The position numbers and the translations under genes were made by a program. The notes beneath the pieces were generated by a model that was not told the origin of the DNA, made no database searches, and saw nothing but the letters and a program-made list of their open reading frames with translations. A stretch of DNA of 64,000 nucleotides from Fimicolochytrium jonesii (lineage: Eukaryota), in the NCBI RefSeq assembly GCF_025526975.1, contig NW_026515673.1, positions 620,001 through 684,000 on the forward strand, given 5' to 3'. This document shows positions 51,001-64,000 of this stretch, piece by piece. The number at the start of each line of letters is the position of its first letter. Position 1 is the stretch's first letter.

Positions 51001-52713
51001 ATGACTGGTAAGTATAGCGAAAGCCAATGCCTGCATGGCAGTTTCCCGCAGTTTCGTTGCTCACTCGTGGAACTTCCACTGTATTCTAAGCCTTCTCCAC
51101 CCGGGCTCGCCTCGTAGCAGACAGCACGTTATTCGGCCTGCCTCTAAAATGGGTTTCGCTAATCACCCTTGTGGTGCAAAACTCGGCGCTTGCGCTCGTA
51201 ATGTCCTATTCTCGGAAAACGCGCGACCCAGACCAGCCACCTTACGTCGTGTCCACCGCCGTCGTCATGTCCGAGCTCATCAAGCTGATCGTCTGCGCAA
51301 TAGTCTATTGGAGACAGGAATCGCGACTGGCGGGAGGCGTCTCGATGCGCAAAGTGCTAAGGGATATGTTTGGGAGCGACAGTCATTGGAAGAAAATGAC
51401 GGTGCCGGCGGTGCTGTATTTTGTGCAGAACAATCTGCAGTATGTTGCGGTGCAATATCTGGATCCAGCAACTTTCCAGGTGAGTTGAAGCATCTCATCG
51501 GGGTTTCATGGAAGTTGAGGTCAGACTGGACATGGCCCAACCGACCGCAGGGTGACGCCGCTGAGGGTGGGACTGACTTGAATGTGTGGAAGTCGGGATA
51601 AAGGCGAAGAGTCGCATATATTCAGCATTGCGTTCGGGCGCGAAGCACTGCAATGTTGCTTACACAGATCCCTCTTCTTCACTATTAGGTCACATACCAA
51701 ATGAAAATCTTAACAACCGCCCTATTCTCCGTGCTCCTCCTCGGACGAACACTTGCAAGGCAAAAGTGGATATCCCTGATCCTCCTCACCCTCGGCATCG
51801 CGCTCGTGCAAATGGACGGAAAGACATCCGACTCGAGAGCAGGAGGAGTACAGCAAGCGCTTGGGCTTAGCGCTGTAACCGTGGCTTGTGTCTTGTCTGG
51901 GTTGGCAGGCGTTTGGTGAGCGTTGCTCGTGATTGTTACCTTACTTTTCCTCTCGCCGATTCGTTTGAGCTGACCTGCTCTTCCACGAAATTAGGTTTGA
52001 AAAGGTGTTGAAGGGCACACAAGCGTCATTGTTCCTGCGGAATATGCAGCTCTGTATATTCAGTTTGATCCCCGGTTTCATTTTTGGTGGTACGTGTCTT
52101 TCGCTTTCTTATCTCGAGCCTCTCGCATGCCGTGTCTTAACTCTTCAATACCTACCAGTTTTGATCATGGATGGGGAAGTGATACGGGAAGGCGGGTTCT
52201 TTCAAGGCTACAACGCATGGACCTGGGGCGCGATCATGTGCCAAGCGATTGGAGGGCTTATCGTAGCTCTCGTCGTCAAGTAAGTTTACATTATGGACCA
52301 GCGATTTCCAGCCCCTGATTTCAACTCACTTATGATTCTTCGTAGATATGCCGATAACATTTTGAAGGGCTTTGCAACCTCCCTGTCCATAATTCTCTCT
52401 TCCGTCGCCTCCATGTTCTTGTTTGATTTCGAGATCACGCTGATGTTCACTCTAGGATCGTCCGTCGTGCTATATGCGACGCATCTGTATGGTACGTTTC
52501 GTTATCGAGGGACCAATTGTCCCCTTCTGAGCGGTGACACCACGATGGGAACTGTGACTTACATTCTTCCATTCTTTTTTTGCACGCGCAGGCCTTCCCG
52601 AACGGGCCGGACAGGTCAAACGCGCGACGTCCTACGAACAACCGTCATCAGATCCCGATCCTTTGGACGACAAGGATACGAACTTATTGCCGCGGTACAC
52701 GCGGAATCCTTAA
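51001..52713 (+). CDS. Nucleotide-sugar transporter (SLC35A/UDP-galactose transporter family), multi-exon
   Basis: [53 protein letters not shown] and [15 protein letters not shown]. Confidence 0.93.
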
Positions 52714-53275
52714 GCAAGTGTTTCGTACCCGTCCCGGCTATCTATTTATCTTCTTATTGAAATCGCTCACGGCTACGCCTACCCTTATCTGTATGATACT
52801 TTGGCCCCCTTACTTTTGGACACCCCTACCTACCTTACCTATCTACCTACCTACCTACATTAGTTAGCTACCTCCTTAGCTTTTTGTTCCCTATGGGATA
52901 TATTTTATCTTATGATACCATGTACTTTTTTGTTCTAGTATTTCGGTCAAATCAAATGTTATCCCCTATGTTTCGGTATGTTTTTCTGTTGCCTCCTGGT
53001 CTCGTCGAAAGATGATCCATTATATACCCTGGAATGCCCCTTCTGTGCCTGTACTACGTTTGCATGAATGAACTCCGGGTCGGCGTGAAGGAAGCAGCGA
53101 AGTTGGGAGCAGTGTGGGATGGATTTGGGGGAGTTGTCCGATCGCCTCAGATGACTCGAGATGTCCGACGGGGACGCGTAGGAAGGCCTTTCTCACACTT
53201 CCCTTTCCCCAGCCTCACTCATCCAGACACCAAAGATCTTGCTTTGCGTATTGGCGAGAGTGGAAGAACACAAGC

Positions 53276-56103
53276 ATGCTACCGGCAGCTGCTGCTCCAT
53301 CCGGTGAGCCCACGCCGGAACAGCTCGCCTTGAAGAAGAAACTTGAGGAATACAAACGTCGGAAAGAGATGGAGAGGGGACCTGCGAAGAAAGGGTGAGC
53401 ACGATGCTTGCGAGGGGTACACGACTCTCTAGGGGATCGGAAGCGGATTGAGGGATATGGAACGTCGTACTTTCGCTAAAAATTTGCTTGTCGATGATTA
53501 GAACCACTGCGACGGCAACCACGACGACGGCAGTGCGCGGAGTGTTAGGACCGGTTAAGCCAGCTGGCCCCACTGCGACGACCAGAGCGTCTGTGGCCAG
53601 GGCAGCATCGACTGAAGCAAGCAGCGGAATTCAGCGAAAAGACCCCGTCAGGGTAGGTATCGCGACGCGTGCGTCGGGCGTTAGTGCTGTTCGTGCTGGT
53701 GAGTAAGGAGTGGGTGCTTGGTTGCTAGCGTTTTGTTTGTGTGACTGCCATTGTCACCGTTTTTCTAAAAGGTTTTCCGATTTTCATGCAGCTCCAGCGA
53801 AAGCAAACACGATTGCCCCGAGGAAGTCGGTCATCCCTCCTCCAGGTCCGCGCCCGTCCACGTTCTCGTCTGCTCCGACGAAGAGATCCGCAACGACAAT
53901 CAGCACGAAGAAGCCCGCAGTGTACCAGCCCCTTTCCGCTCAGACCGCCGCCGCATCCACCGCCCAAGCACGAGCAGCTCCGAAATCTCGCGTGGCTTCC
54001 ACATCCGCTCTCAACCAAACCGGCGATGCTTCATCGAAACCGATCAGGAAGTACGACCCTACATCGCATTTATACCAGACGACCACGGCACGGAACGGCG
54101 GCGCAACGACCCGTAGCCTCATGAGCACTGATGCAAGGAACAGGACTTCAAGTATTCCCAGCACTGCGGTGACGGTTGAGACACGGGACGTAGAGGTGCA
54201 GACATGCGACGAGTTGCTGCTGATTGCTTTGCAGGAATATCAGGCCAGGATTGCTGCTGGGACAATGAGCGACATAGCCTTGGCCGCTGAGCCCGCGGAT
54301 AGTGTGATGGAGATGGATGGCGTTCGTCACGCCATTGATTTGCCAGGAGGGGATGCTGGCGAAGTCCTGGTGTCGGAGGACGTCCACCGTGTTCAAGTCA
54401 CTTTCACTGATGGCCTTGTGGAAGACGAGGCTGAACAGATGATCGTGGATGAGACGTCAGTGGCTATCAAGAAGACTAGGAGGGGCGTCAGGTTCACGAG
54501 CGATGATGAGGAACGAGATGTTACTGATGATGCTGAGGAGAACAAGACAGAGGTGGGTAAACTATGTTTTCTCAGATGAAGGACACTCATATCCCTAACA
54601 CTTTTGGTTACAGTCTGCAAACCCGTTCATGACGGCAAAGTCACTTCCCAAAGGCACGCCCAGACCTAAAGCACTCAAATCGGTTCGAATGTCCACCCCG
54701 GGCCTATCCGCTTCCGAAGCTGATACGAGCGTCTTTACACCCGCTGCCAATGACGACAACGAAGCAACGCCAAAAGCATCGGCTATGAAATCACGACGTG
54801 TGGGTGGACAGTTCACGCCATACATCTCCAGCCGCGCGGCTTTGGTCGATAGTCCGGCTACGGTTACCTCCAACACTCCTTCAGTTGCGCCGCCGAGCAC
54901 CACACCCGCGACTTCCAAACCCACCGATGATCATGAAGCAAGTCCCCAGGTCTCACCACCCCCGGCCCTCACCGCCCAGACACCCGACTCACCCGGGGCG
55001 CCGCCCCTCCCGAACTGGTCGTTCACAGGCTACCGATCGCCCCCAGAGCCCGTTGACAAAGCCACACCGTCCCCGCCCAAATCGGGATTCCTGACCCGCA
55101 ACGACAAAACGGGAGGAAGCGACGCGACACCTCTCCGATCCTTTGGCGTCGGCACCAACGTTGGTTTGGGCGGTGGGACGGGGACCGGGACGGCCGCTAG
55201 CGGGTCCATGTCGGTGATGAGGCGCCACGGGTTGCTCTCTAGGAGAGTGGACGGTTCTGGGGTCGGAATTGTTGCAGCGTCGCCGATGCCCGGCTCCCAG
55301 GCGTCGTTTGATCGCGTCGCGGGGATGATGCAGATGTTGTCGTTGGCGGATGGGAAGTTTGGGTTCAAGGGTGTTGGAGAAGGTAGCGCGGAGCGCGAGG
55401 AGAAGGAAAATGAACGAGGCGTGGTGAATGAACCTGTTGGCTCGGTGGCGGTTCTGACGCCTTTGAAGGCGAGTAAGAAGGATAAGTTGGGTGAGTATTG
55501 TCTTTTGGGATGTTATGTTCGTGCTCCCACACGTTTTGACGACTTTCCTCAACCACCCACCCCACCCCAGTCCTAGGCGAAAATGTCTCAACAGTCCTAA
55601 CCCCCGTGCGCCGCTCCACCCGCAAACCCAAGCCCACTCCCTCCTACGCCTCCTTCGCCTCCGCGTCCCGCACACCCTCCGCCCACCCCGACGACTCAAT
55701 TAATAACCTCGAAATGTCCGGATCCGACGCGGAAGCCATGACACCCACCAAATCGGCCAAGAAACCCGCCACGGCGATGCCGCGGTATGGCGCCGTGAAT
55801 GTGGGTGAGATGGCCCCGTTGAAGGTGGAGGGCAAGGCTGGGGCCGCGACGGGCACAGGGGAGGAGATGGACACCGATCAGTTGTTGATGAAGCATGGGT
55901 TTGCGTTTGTGCCTAATAAAGTACGGCTTTTGCTGTCCTTTTGTTTGGCGGTTGCTGGGTGTTTTCGGTTATGGACGCCCGGGCTAATCAATCATCTCAT
56001 CTCTTTTCTGGCATATATGCAGCACCTTGACTGGACGGGCCGCATGACCCCACGCCGTAGCACGGCCGGACGGGTGGCCACCCCGCAGCAGCAACCACGA
56101 TGA
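53276..56103 (+). CDS. Disordered S/T/P/R-rich protein with CKAP2-like terminal motifs (multi-exon)
   Basis: Chained ORFs with GT-AG junctions. N-terminal LKKKLEEYKRRK; C-terminal LTPVRRSTR...LLMKHGFAFVPNK. Confidence 0.6.
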
Positions 56104-56574
56104 ATATGCTGGGGAATTGAGCAGCGGCGTGTTTGGCTATTGGAATGAAAAGCAAGTAGGCCGAATTTGATAGTGCAGAAAGGCGGATGTTGCGAGTCGG
56201 AGAAGGCGTATACCAGCGAAGAAGCGTATCACGAAGCAAAGATAGTAGTTTGATCTTCCATACTATTTGGCAAAGAATTAACAACAGATAGTAACAAAAG
56301 CCCAGCAAACAAACAAAAAAATACAAGAAGCCAAATGGGACTACAAAAATGCCAGTGTTTCTACGTGGCGTGTTCAGATACGCCACAAGGAATGTCTGAT
56401 ATCTACGCTAACTGAGTCCATTCTAGCCGGAAGCGCGCTCGTCCACCCGGAGGGGAAATCTATTATATATATGTGTGGGTGGGTAAGTGATAAATGGGTG
56501 GGGGAAACTGGGTCCTCTATCTGTACAAATAAAAGACGGTACGCCGTGTGATACACAAGTCCAGGACGACCCGC

Positions 56575-59500
56575 TCAAATCTCGTAATGACTCTTGCTCT
56601 TCGCGGGAGTGTTGGGACGCTGAGGGGCGTGTGGCGAGATGTACACTGGTAGGTCCGACCCGGACGTCTGTATCGGCGGTGTTGATGCGCCCTGCGACTG
56701 CGGCCCGGGCATGCTTTCTCTCGCCCTGAACAGTCCCGGCGGGATTGGTAATGTCGTCGCCGAATTAGTGGAATGGAAGGACGCCACCGATCCAGCGCGC
56801 GGCTGTTCGTAGTGCTGCGACGGGAAAGGGAATTGCGGGCGCGGGGACGCGGAAGGCGAACCGCCGCCGTGCGAGGGCGATCCCGGCGGCGTGCCGGCGT
56901 ACGAGGGATTCGACATCATTCGTTGTTGCTGGTATGGCAACAGCGGTTCGGTGCCGTGTCGTTGTTGCTGCGGGCCGCCCTTGTACCCCGGCGGCCGCGA
57001 CATCGGGTTGCGTTGCGGGGAGGCCAGCAGGGCTTCGCTGGAGTGCACAGCGAGCTTGTTCTTAGCAAAGGGCTCGCCGGGCCGCTCGTACATGGTGGAT
57101 ATGTCGGAGCTGCCCGTGGAGTCCGAGTCCGAGCGCCGGTGGCCCCTGCCTCCCAACGGTCCGTTCCGGCCAGAATCCCAGGGGTTGTGCGAGTACTGGC
57201 CTTGTGGGGACTGCGCGCCGGGGTTGGCTCGCATGTACGCCTCGACCTTCTCGCGTCTCCATTGCCGTTCGTACTCCTCCCACCTTTTCAGCGGTACTTT
57301 GCTTCCGTCGAATCCAGCTCCGCTGTCTCCGCCGTGTCCGTGGGTGTCTTCTTTCACTCCATCGACTTGACGAGTCGCACCCCATGAGAAATCGTCGAAA
57401 TGCCAGAAGGCGTAAAGAGGCAGGATCAAGTTCCAGATGGGGATGGCCATGATGTACAGCAACATCCAGAACAGGTAATGGAATCTCCGGAGGGAGCATA
57501 AGACGACGAAGGCCGGGAAGAGCGTCACGACGAAGAGAGTGATAATTGTAATAATTTGGCCAGTGGCGATGCTGGAGTGCGCGTATTGGATTCCGGTGAA
57601 GACGATGATGTAGAACATTGAGGCGACGGTCGCTGGCAGAACGAATGTGGAGATCAGGTCGAGGAGAACGACGAACTGCACACGGAAGTGTGGGACGTGT
57701 TAGCATATTGCGCCGGGCGGAAAAGCAGTAGCCCCCGCGACACTGCAAACCGACACATACCTGCATAGAAAAGCAGAACGTTCCACACAGATTGTTCACC
57801 AGAACCAGCTCAGCAAGGTTATGCACCGTGGAGTTGATCCACCGACGACGCTGACTGAGCAAAGTCGCAAAGTCGTCGGGCACCACCGTTTTGCACACCG
57901 CACGGGGAATGAACACCATCTTCCTGTTCGGGAAGGTCCGCAGCATCATAGTCGTTAAAAACCGATCTTCTCCCAGTAACAGCAAGTTCTTCTGATGCAA
58001 TGTGTCGACCTCATTCGTCGAGTACGTCTCCACAACGTCCGGGTTGGCCAAAATCGGGACCCAGTCACCAAACTCCTTGCGGGCTTTGATGCGGTACATG
58101 CAGAAACACCCGGGAAGACAGGTCACACCTCCAAAGATGGATTCGAAAGCTTTGCCGAGATGGTGGGAGATGTAATACTCGAACACCTGAATGGCCGTCA
58201 CCCATGACTGGGTCTTGTTCTCAATTCGAGTTTCACCGCAAAGACCCATGATGGAGGCGTCGTTGTGCATGGCGTTGATCATCAAGCCGAGGGAGTCCGG
58301 CGCAACTTTCGTGTCGGCGTCAACCATCAGCACGATCTCGAAAAAGTCGGGGGTGACACCCATGACATGCTGAATCTTCCTGAAGAGTTCGTAGTCGAGG
58401 GGTGTCATGCGGTCGTTGAGCATAACACGGGTGAAGAAGTGCATGAGAATGAGCTGGGAGTCACGCTTTCCACGGTTTCCGGGCTTTGCTTCTGATGCTT
58501 CTTCGGGAGCGCCGCATTTGACGACTATAACCATCGGGACGCGATGCCCGGCGTGACCTGTATGTGAAGAATAAGGCGTCACTTGCAGGAACGGAAAGAT
58601 GATTGCATGAATTAGGACTTACGGAAGTGTCCCACGTAAACTTTCGCCATGTTGTGTGCTTTGGCACCACTCGCGACGGCGATGTAACTACAGGGCTTCG
58701 GGTCGTTTCCAAAAGTGCCATCAATCTCAATCATGTCCAGAAGGAGATCTGGGGTGCTCTTGCCGTTGCCTTTTCCGGTAATGATACCATCGGCGATGAC
58801 GAAAAGCAGCTTCCGACTATCTTTGTAATCCGTTGCAGCCAACGATTCCAGGGTATTCCGCAAGGATTCCCGTCCTTCGGAGTAACAGGTAACCAGAAGG
58901 ATGGTGTACAAGTGGAGACCAATGTTGGCAGAGTCGAAACTTTGAACCGCAGCCTTCTTCACCAAAGCTCCATCATGCTTCGGGCTAGGCACCAATTCGA
59001 TATCATGGCGATGCGGATTCCTGTCAGCCGGATTGTGGATCGAGGTGCTCGATGGATACATTGGGCGAGACAACTTCTCCGGCTCCGGGGTTTGCGCGAG
59101 ACGGTGCGAGACGAACCAGTCAAAGAAGACCGCCATGGCGAATCTCGCAAGGAGCACACCAAGGACGACGACGGACATAAGGGCCGACAAGACCGTGGAC
59201 GCGTTGCAACTGACCGACTGTTGAGCAATAACTCCAGCCGCGAACTTGTTCACTAGACACTTCAGCGCTCTAGGATCCTCACTCATCGCTTGACTCGTCA
59301 CGAGAGCACGCGTTGCATCGTTATTCGGCTTATCGCGTAACGAATAGAGTAGCTTATGGATCGCATTGTTGGGGTCGGGAGGCGCAGCCCGGTAGTAAGG
59401 TGTGAGGTCGAGAATCGTATCCATATACATACTGAAGTTCCGGTTCACAATCTCTTCCCACTCGTACGCTGCGTGCTCATCGACTCTTGTTTTGCGATCT

Positions 59501-60266
59501 CGCAACGTTTTGAACCGCACCAGACCAGTTCGTGGGAAACAGGTGTCGGAATTGAGGCATGCTGGTCCAATGGTGGTCGCTGCAAAAGGGTATTTGCCGG
59601 TCTTGAGATCCTTGCAGGGATCAGGATTGTTGGGATCAGGATCCGCGGGTGCGAAGAAGTCGGTGGCATCAGCGCCCTTCGCATCCCGAAATGCTAAGCG
59701 CACGTTTTCGGGACTCAACAAGAGATCGTACATGATGCCGTTGATAACCAACGAATCTGGTTGGTTTCGCGGAGCTTTCTGAAGTCGGGCAGACTCTGGG
59801 CACAGTAACGGATTGAGCCCAATGACAAAAAACATCACAAAGGCGCTGAGAAGAAAGACAATCCAGCATAGGGCGACCTTCTCCCTCCACGCCTGCTGTG
59901 GCCCAGAACCATTGATTTTACAGCACGCAAGGAGAGCAGGTGGGAAACAGCAAGTCAGAGCCTTTGCGACGTAGGCCCACACGTGAATGCCACCATCCTC
60001 CCCAAGGTCCAAAGGTTGGTTGGAGGTTGACTGCCGGCGTTTCGATCGTCCTGTCTTGGTAGTGTTTGAACGCAGTAGTGGTGTGGGTCCTTGATACCTA
60101 TCTGGCCTAACAAGTGTACCTGCGAAAATGGGTGGGGCACATGGGCGTCAACCAACGAGTCGAACACTGTGAATGCGCTTCATGGCTTACCTCTGCGACC
60201 GAGTGTACCACTCCTGTTCAATGTCGTCCTCGACCGGCTCCGTGTTAGTGGCCCGTCCCCATGCAT
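56575..60266 (-). CDS. Chitin synthase, division 2 (class IV/Chs3-like), multi-exon
   Basis: [56 protein letters not shown] and [10 protein letters not shown]. Confidence 0.95.
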
Positions 60267-61423
60267 CCTGACGCGGTGCGAAAACTGGTCGTCTTACGAG
60301 CGTGGGAGATTTTGAAATTGAAGGGTGCGCGGGAAAAGACCAGTAGAGTCGCCCACCGAGGTGCCTTGGCGGAAGACCCGAGGCCGTTTTCGAGGGAGTC
60401 TTTGAAGAGGCTAGAGCACGGTAATGCAGCCTGCCGACAAAGGTTGTGGGATACTACGTACAGTATGTACTGTGTATATGCTGTGTTGTGCGGGTTGACA
60501 GAAGCTCGCATGCCGAGGAGGAGGCTTTTCGCAGGCTGGTTCTCTCTCGCCGTCTTGCCCCAGCGCCTCCAGATCCAGATCCAGCATGCACGCACGCACA
60601 TTGTGGATCCATCCCAAACGGCGAGAACATTTTGCCCAGATTTTGCCCGTCTGCCCCCCTTGTTCGGCGTCAATTTCAAGTTGCGACTGGCCCTGAAACC
60701 GTTGACGATCGTCATAACTCCGCGTGCCGCCCGCAGATGGCCGCAGATAAAGCACAACTCAAATCAAAAATGCATGGAGTCACGTGGGTGGTCGCATTTA
60801 AATCGGCTTCTGCTTGCGTGCTTGTACATGCTGCGTAGCAGGTGTCCCGACGGGCAGACGGGCATGGCGATGTTGCCGACAATTCTCAAGTCGCCGGACC
60901 ATCGTGGACGGAGTTGGAATGGAGGCTAACGACGCGGACGAGAGAATCCATGTGCGAGGGTTGCCAACTTCTGAATTCTCGTTGCAATTCCTCGTCGTGC
61001 ATTCCACGCGTGGCGGGATTCCCCACCAGATTCCCACCAGCACTGAGCACTTGCACCACCTTCGAGTCCGGCTCATTCTCAGCAGTTTGCAGAGGCTGCT
61101 ATTACCACGCACGTAGTACAGAGTTAACAAAGCCTCTGCTGCAGTACATATATGATATTGCTCTCGTCTTGCACTTTCCAGGGACTTTAAACCCTATCGG
61201 GACATTCATTGAGGAAGTCCATGGCCGAGAATAAGCTTAACCTTGGTTCGCCACTTGGGCTCGGGAGCCTAATTTTGGCCACCGGTCTTTCAGAGCTCCG
61301 TTCGGAATGTGGAAGGTGCCAGTTTTGCGGGCATCTCAGTAATGGCCAAAGTGTGAGAAGTACCGTCGGTGACTGTATCTCCTGCCTTACTGTGAATTCT
61401 GTCGCTTTCCCTTCTCGCTGACG

Positions 61424-64000
61424 ATGTTCCCCAGTCGGTCGTCTTTGTTTGGAAAGACCTCGGCCCCGTCGCATGCTACAGGGGACGCAAAAACGCCAGT
61501 GCAATCGCACGTTGCTGGAGAGCAGTCCTTGGGCGCAAAGCAAAGCTCAGCTAGCGGAGAGTCTTCCACGAAAGTCCCAGATAAACCATTCCAGCTGAAC
61601 TTGCAGCACCACCGCAGTCTAGAACGCACGGCAGGAACAGAGAAGCAAAGGGCCGAAAATCCATACAGGAGGGCTAGCGAAGGGTCGCCTTTCACTGGAG
61701 AACTACCGGTCTATGTCTATGCGGCGCTGGCGTCGTTTGAAGAGTCCGCGGAAGGTGTCGAAGACGCTTCGGAACACAGCAGTCGGACGGTTGATGCCGG
61801 CGAGGATGAAGATGCAAAGATAATAGAGAGGCGGAGATTGTTTCGAAAGACATCAACAGAACATACCATCATCAAAGATCTGGAGGAGAATTTCGCCCGG
61901 GGTTCCTCTTCTGGTGCCTTGGCTGTGACTGCAGCGACGTCAAAGCCGCCATCTCGGCTCTCTCGGTCTAGCAGAGGGGACGAATCCGCGGACTCGATAG
62001 GATCCCAACGTGCAACGACAATCCCTCATGATGCATCCTCTTTATCGGCGAATGGCGTGCCGGACCCTTCCGCGCATCGCTCCTCCATCACGCAACTGCA
62101 GGAAAAACTCGCAGAGTCGGGGGCGGGGTTGGACGACTTGACGACACTGCAGGACCGGCTGCGGCGGTTGAAGGATCGGTTAGGCGATCATTCGGCGTTT
62201 GGGAGCATGGGCGGGATGGCGCCACCAGGTGTCTTTAGCCACGCAAACTCGCAACGGCATGGGTCACTTGTGCCGGCGGAACCTCTGCTCTCCATTCTGA
62301 AGAATCCCACACGAAATGGCTCAAAATCTGTACAGGGCGTGGCCCCGGTGCCCGTTACGGTGGCGATATCGGAACCGCAATACAAAATCCAAGCAACCCA
62401 CGCTAGGAGCGAAGATCTTCTTTCACGGGGTTCCGAAGTTGCCAAGAAAAGGGGCGTAAAAAACGGTACACCACCCTCGGCCGCCCATTCCTACGACTTC
62501 CTCGAACGTGGCGCGAGCCTCCCCGCGTCTACGCACCCATACTCGATACCGGTGATCCCGCAGACTCCGCCGCGGGTGGAAGGGACATTACCTGTGTTTG
62601 TGTATTTGGAGGATGATACGTGCAATATGTTCACCGTGACACCGAATACGACAATCAATGAGGTTAGGATGAGCGCGTTGTCGCAGCTCGGCGTTTCCGA
62701 CGCTATTGAGAGCTTCTCGGTGTTTTTCATGGTGAAAGGCGTCAATGGTGAGCTGAAGGGCGTCACTCTTTGCACATCATTACATTAGAAACTATTGAAG
62801 GATATGATATCTGAAAATTCATGCTCCTTCTCACCTGCATCCCTACTCTGCGTTCAGGTGAACCCCAAGAGAGCCGCGTAGACCCCAACATCCCCGTCGA
62901 CCACCTCAGCCTGCCCGCCCCCGAAACAATCAAAGTCCGCCTGCGCCGGAAATCCGCCGTCCGCTGGTCCGTGCCCATCATCGTCGACGAACGCGTCCAG
63001 CGTCAACGATGGGTGCTGGTGGAAGAGAGCACGAAGGTGGAGGATATCGTGAAGCTGCTGTATACGATTGAGAGGAAGGATGATACCGAGTCCTGGTCGC
63101 TTTTCGCGTCGGGTGGGTGGGAACTATGTTTGGAAGACGTGGTGGGTCTGACCATTGGCTCTGACGTACGGATGTGAAATTTAGGACCCTCGAATACTGG
63201 GGCGTTACGGCCTGATGAAACGCCTTTCAGACCATGGGTGCGCGATGAGCGCTATTATTTCCGTCAATCGGTAAGATCATGCCCCTTTTCCTTTTTTGCC
63301 CCCCGGTCCTCCACCGATACTGACACATCCCACTCAGCACGTCCGCCAACGCAGCCAAAAGCTCGCCGCCGTCCTCGGTCTCCCCGCCAGCACTGACATG
63401 GGTGCACTCGCCGACCGAGAAGCCCTGCAGGCACAAGACCTCAAACGGCGCAACGACGCGCGCAAATCCGTGAAATTGACGAATCTGCTGGGGATCGCGG
63501 ATACCACCCCGCCACCGACGCGCGCGGCGAATAGTAAGCGGAGGAAGAGACCGTCTACGCTGAATTTGGTGTTTGATCCGGATGAGACAACGCCGAGGAG
63601 GAGGAAGTCTTCTGTGGAGCCTTCTACGCCGAAGCTGGTAGGTGGATTGCTGTGGCGGGGCCGATACGTCCCCGCTGTGTCTTGAAGATTAGTCCCTTGA
63701 ACCATTGCGGACAACTTCTCACATCTATCCACAATCAGCTCGACGACGACGAAGAAGACAAAGTCCACCCAGTCGCGCCCTGGAAGCGCTACGAGCATCT
63801 ACAGAGCAAACCCGCGCAAGTCATGCGCCCGCGCTCCAAGTCCGATCTCTCGGAAGCCGTCATATCATCCAAAGTGCGGCGTCCCTCCATCAAACAGCAC
63901 AGCCGGTCGCGGCAGCCCTCGGTGACAGGTAAACGGCTCTACCTGTTTGATAAGATGCGCGGGTCGGCGCCGGGGGATGCGTTGTCGTCGGATTCGGGGG
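61424..64000 (+). CDS. Hypothetical signalling protein with tandem RA/ubiquitin-like domains (partial, runs off window)
   Basis: Long disordered N-terminus, then VFVYLEDDTCNMFTVTPNTTINEV and RWVLVEESTKVEDIVKLL...WSLF beta-grasp-like patterns. Introns are present. Confidence 0.6.

Overview
Gene-dense, intron-rich eukaryotic DNA. It is most consistent with an early-diverging zoosporic fungus (chytrid-like); this is inferred from a chitin synthase, animal-like PDE/HCN-type signalling genes and short spliceosomal introns. In order, the window holds: three identical tRNA-Ile(AAT) genes (one partial); a head-to-head pair of a multi-transmembrane class I cyclic-nucleotide phosphodiesterase and an HCN/CNG-like channel lacking the GYG filter; an FHA-forkhead transcription factor; xanthine dehydrogenase; DTD1; WDR61/Ski8; TTC27/Emw1; RPL18; a low-complexity hypothetical protein; RIX1; an intronless bacterial-type cupin; a complete 1367-bp Tc1 (DD34E) transposon with one nonsense codon; SPC2; SRP54; a small signal-peptide/DDEL protein; UTP10; a nucleotide-sugar transporter; a CKAP2-like protein; a class IV-type chitin synthase; and a partial RA/ubiquitin-like-domain gene. 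The best candidate for an undescribed system is the divergent membrane-PDE/atypical cyclic-nucleotide channel module. All gene models were assembled by eye and no database searches were run.
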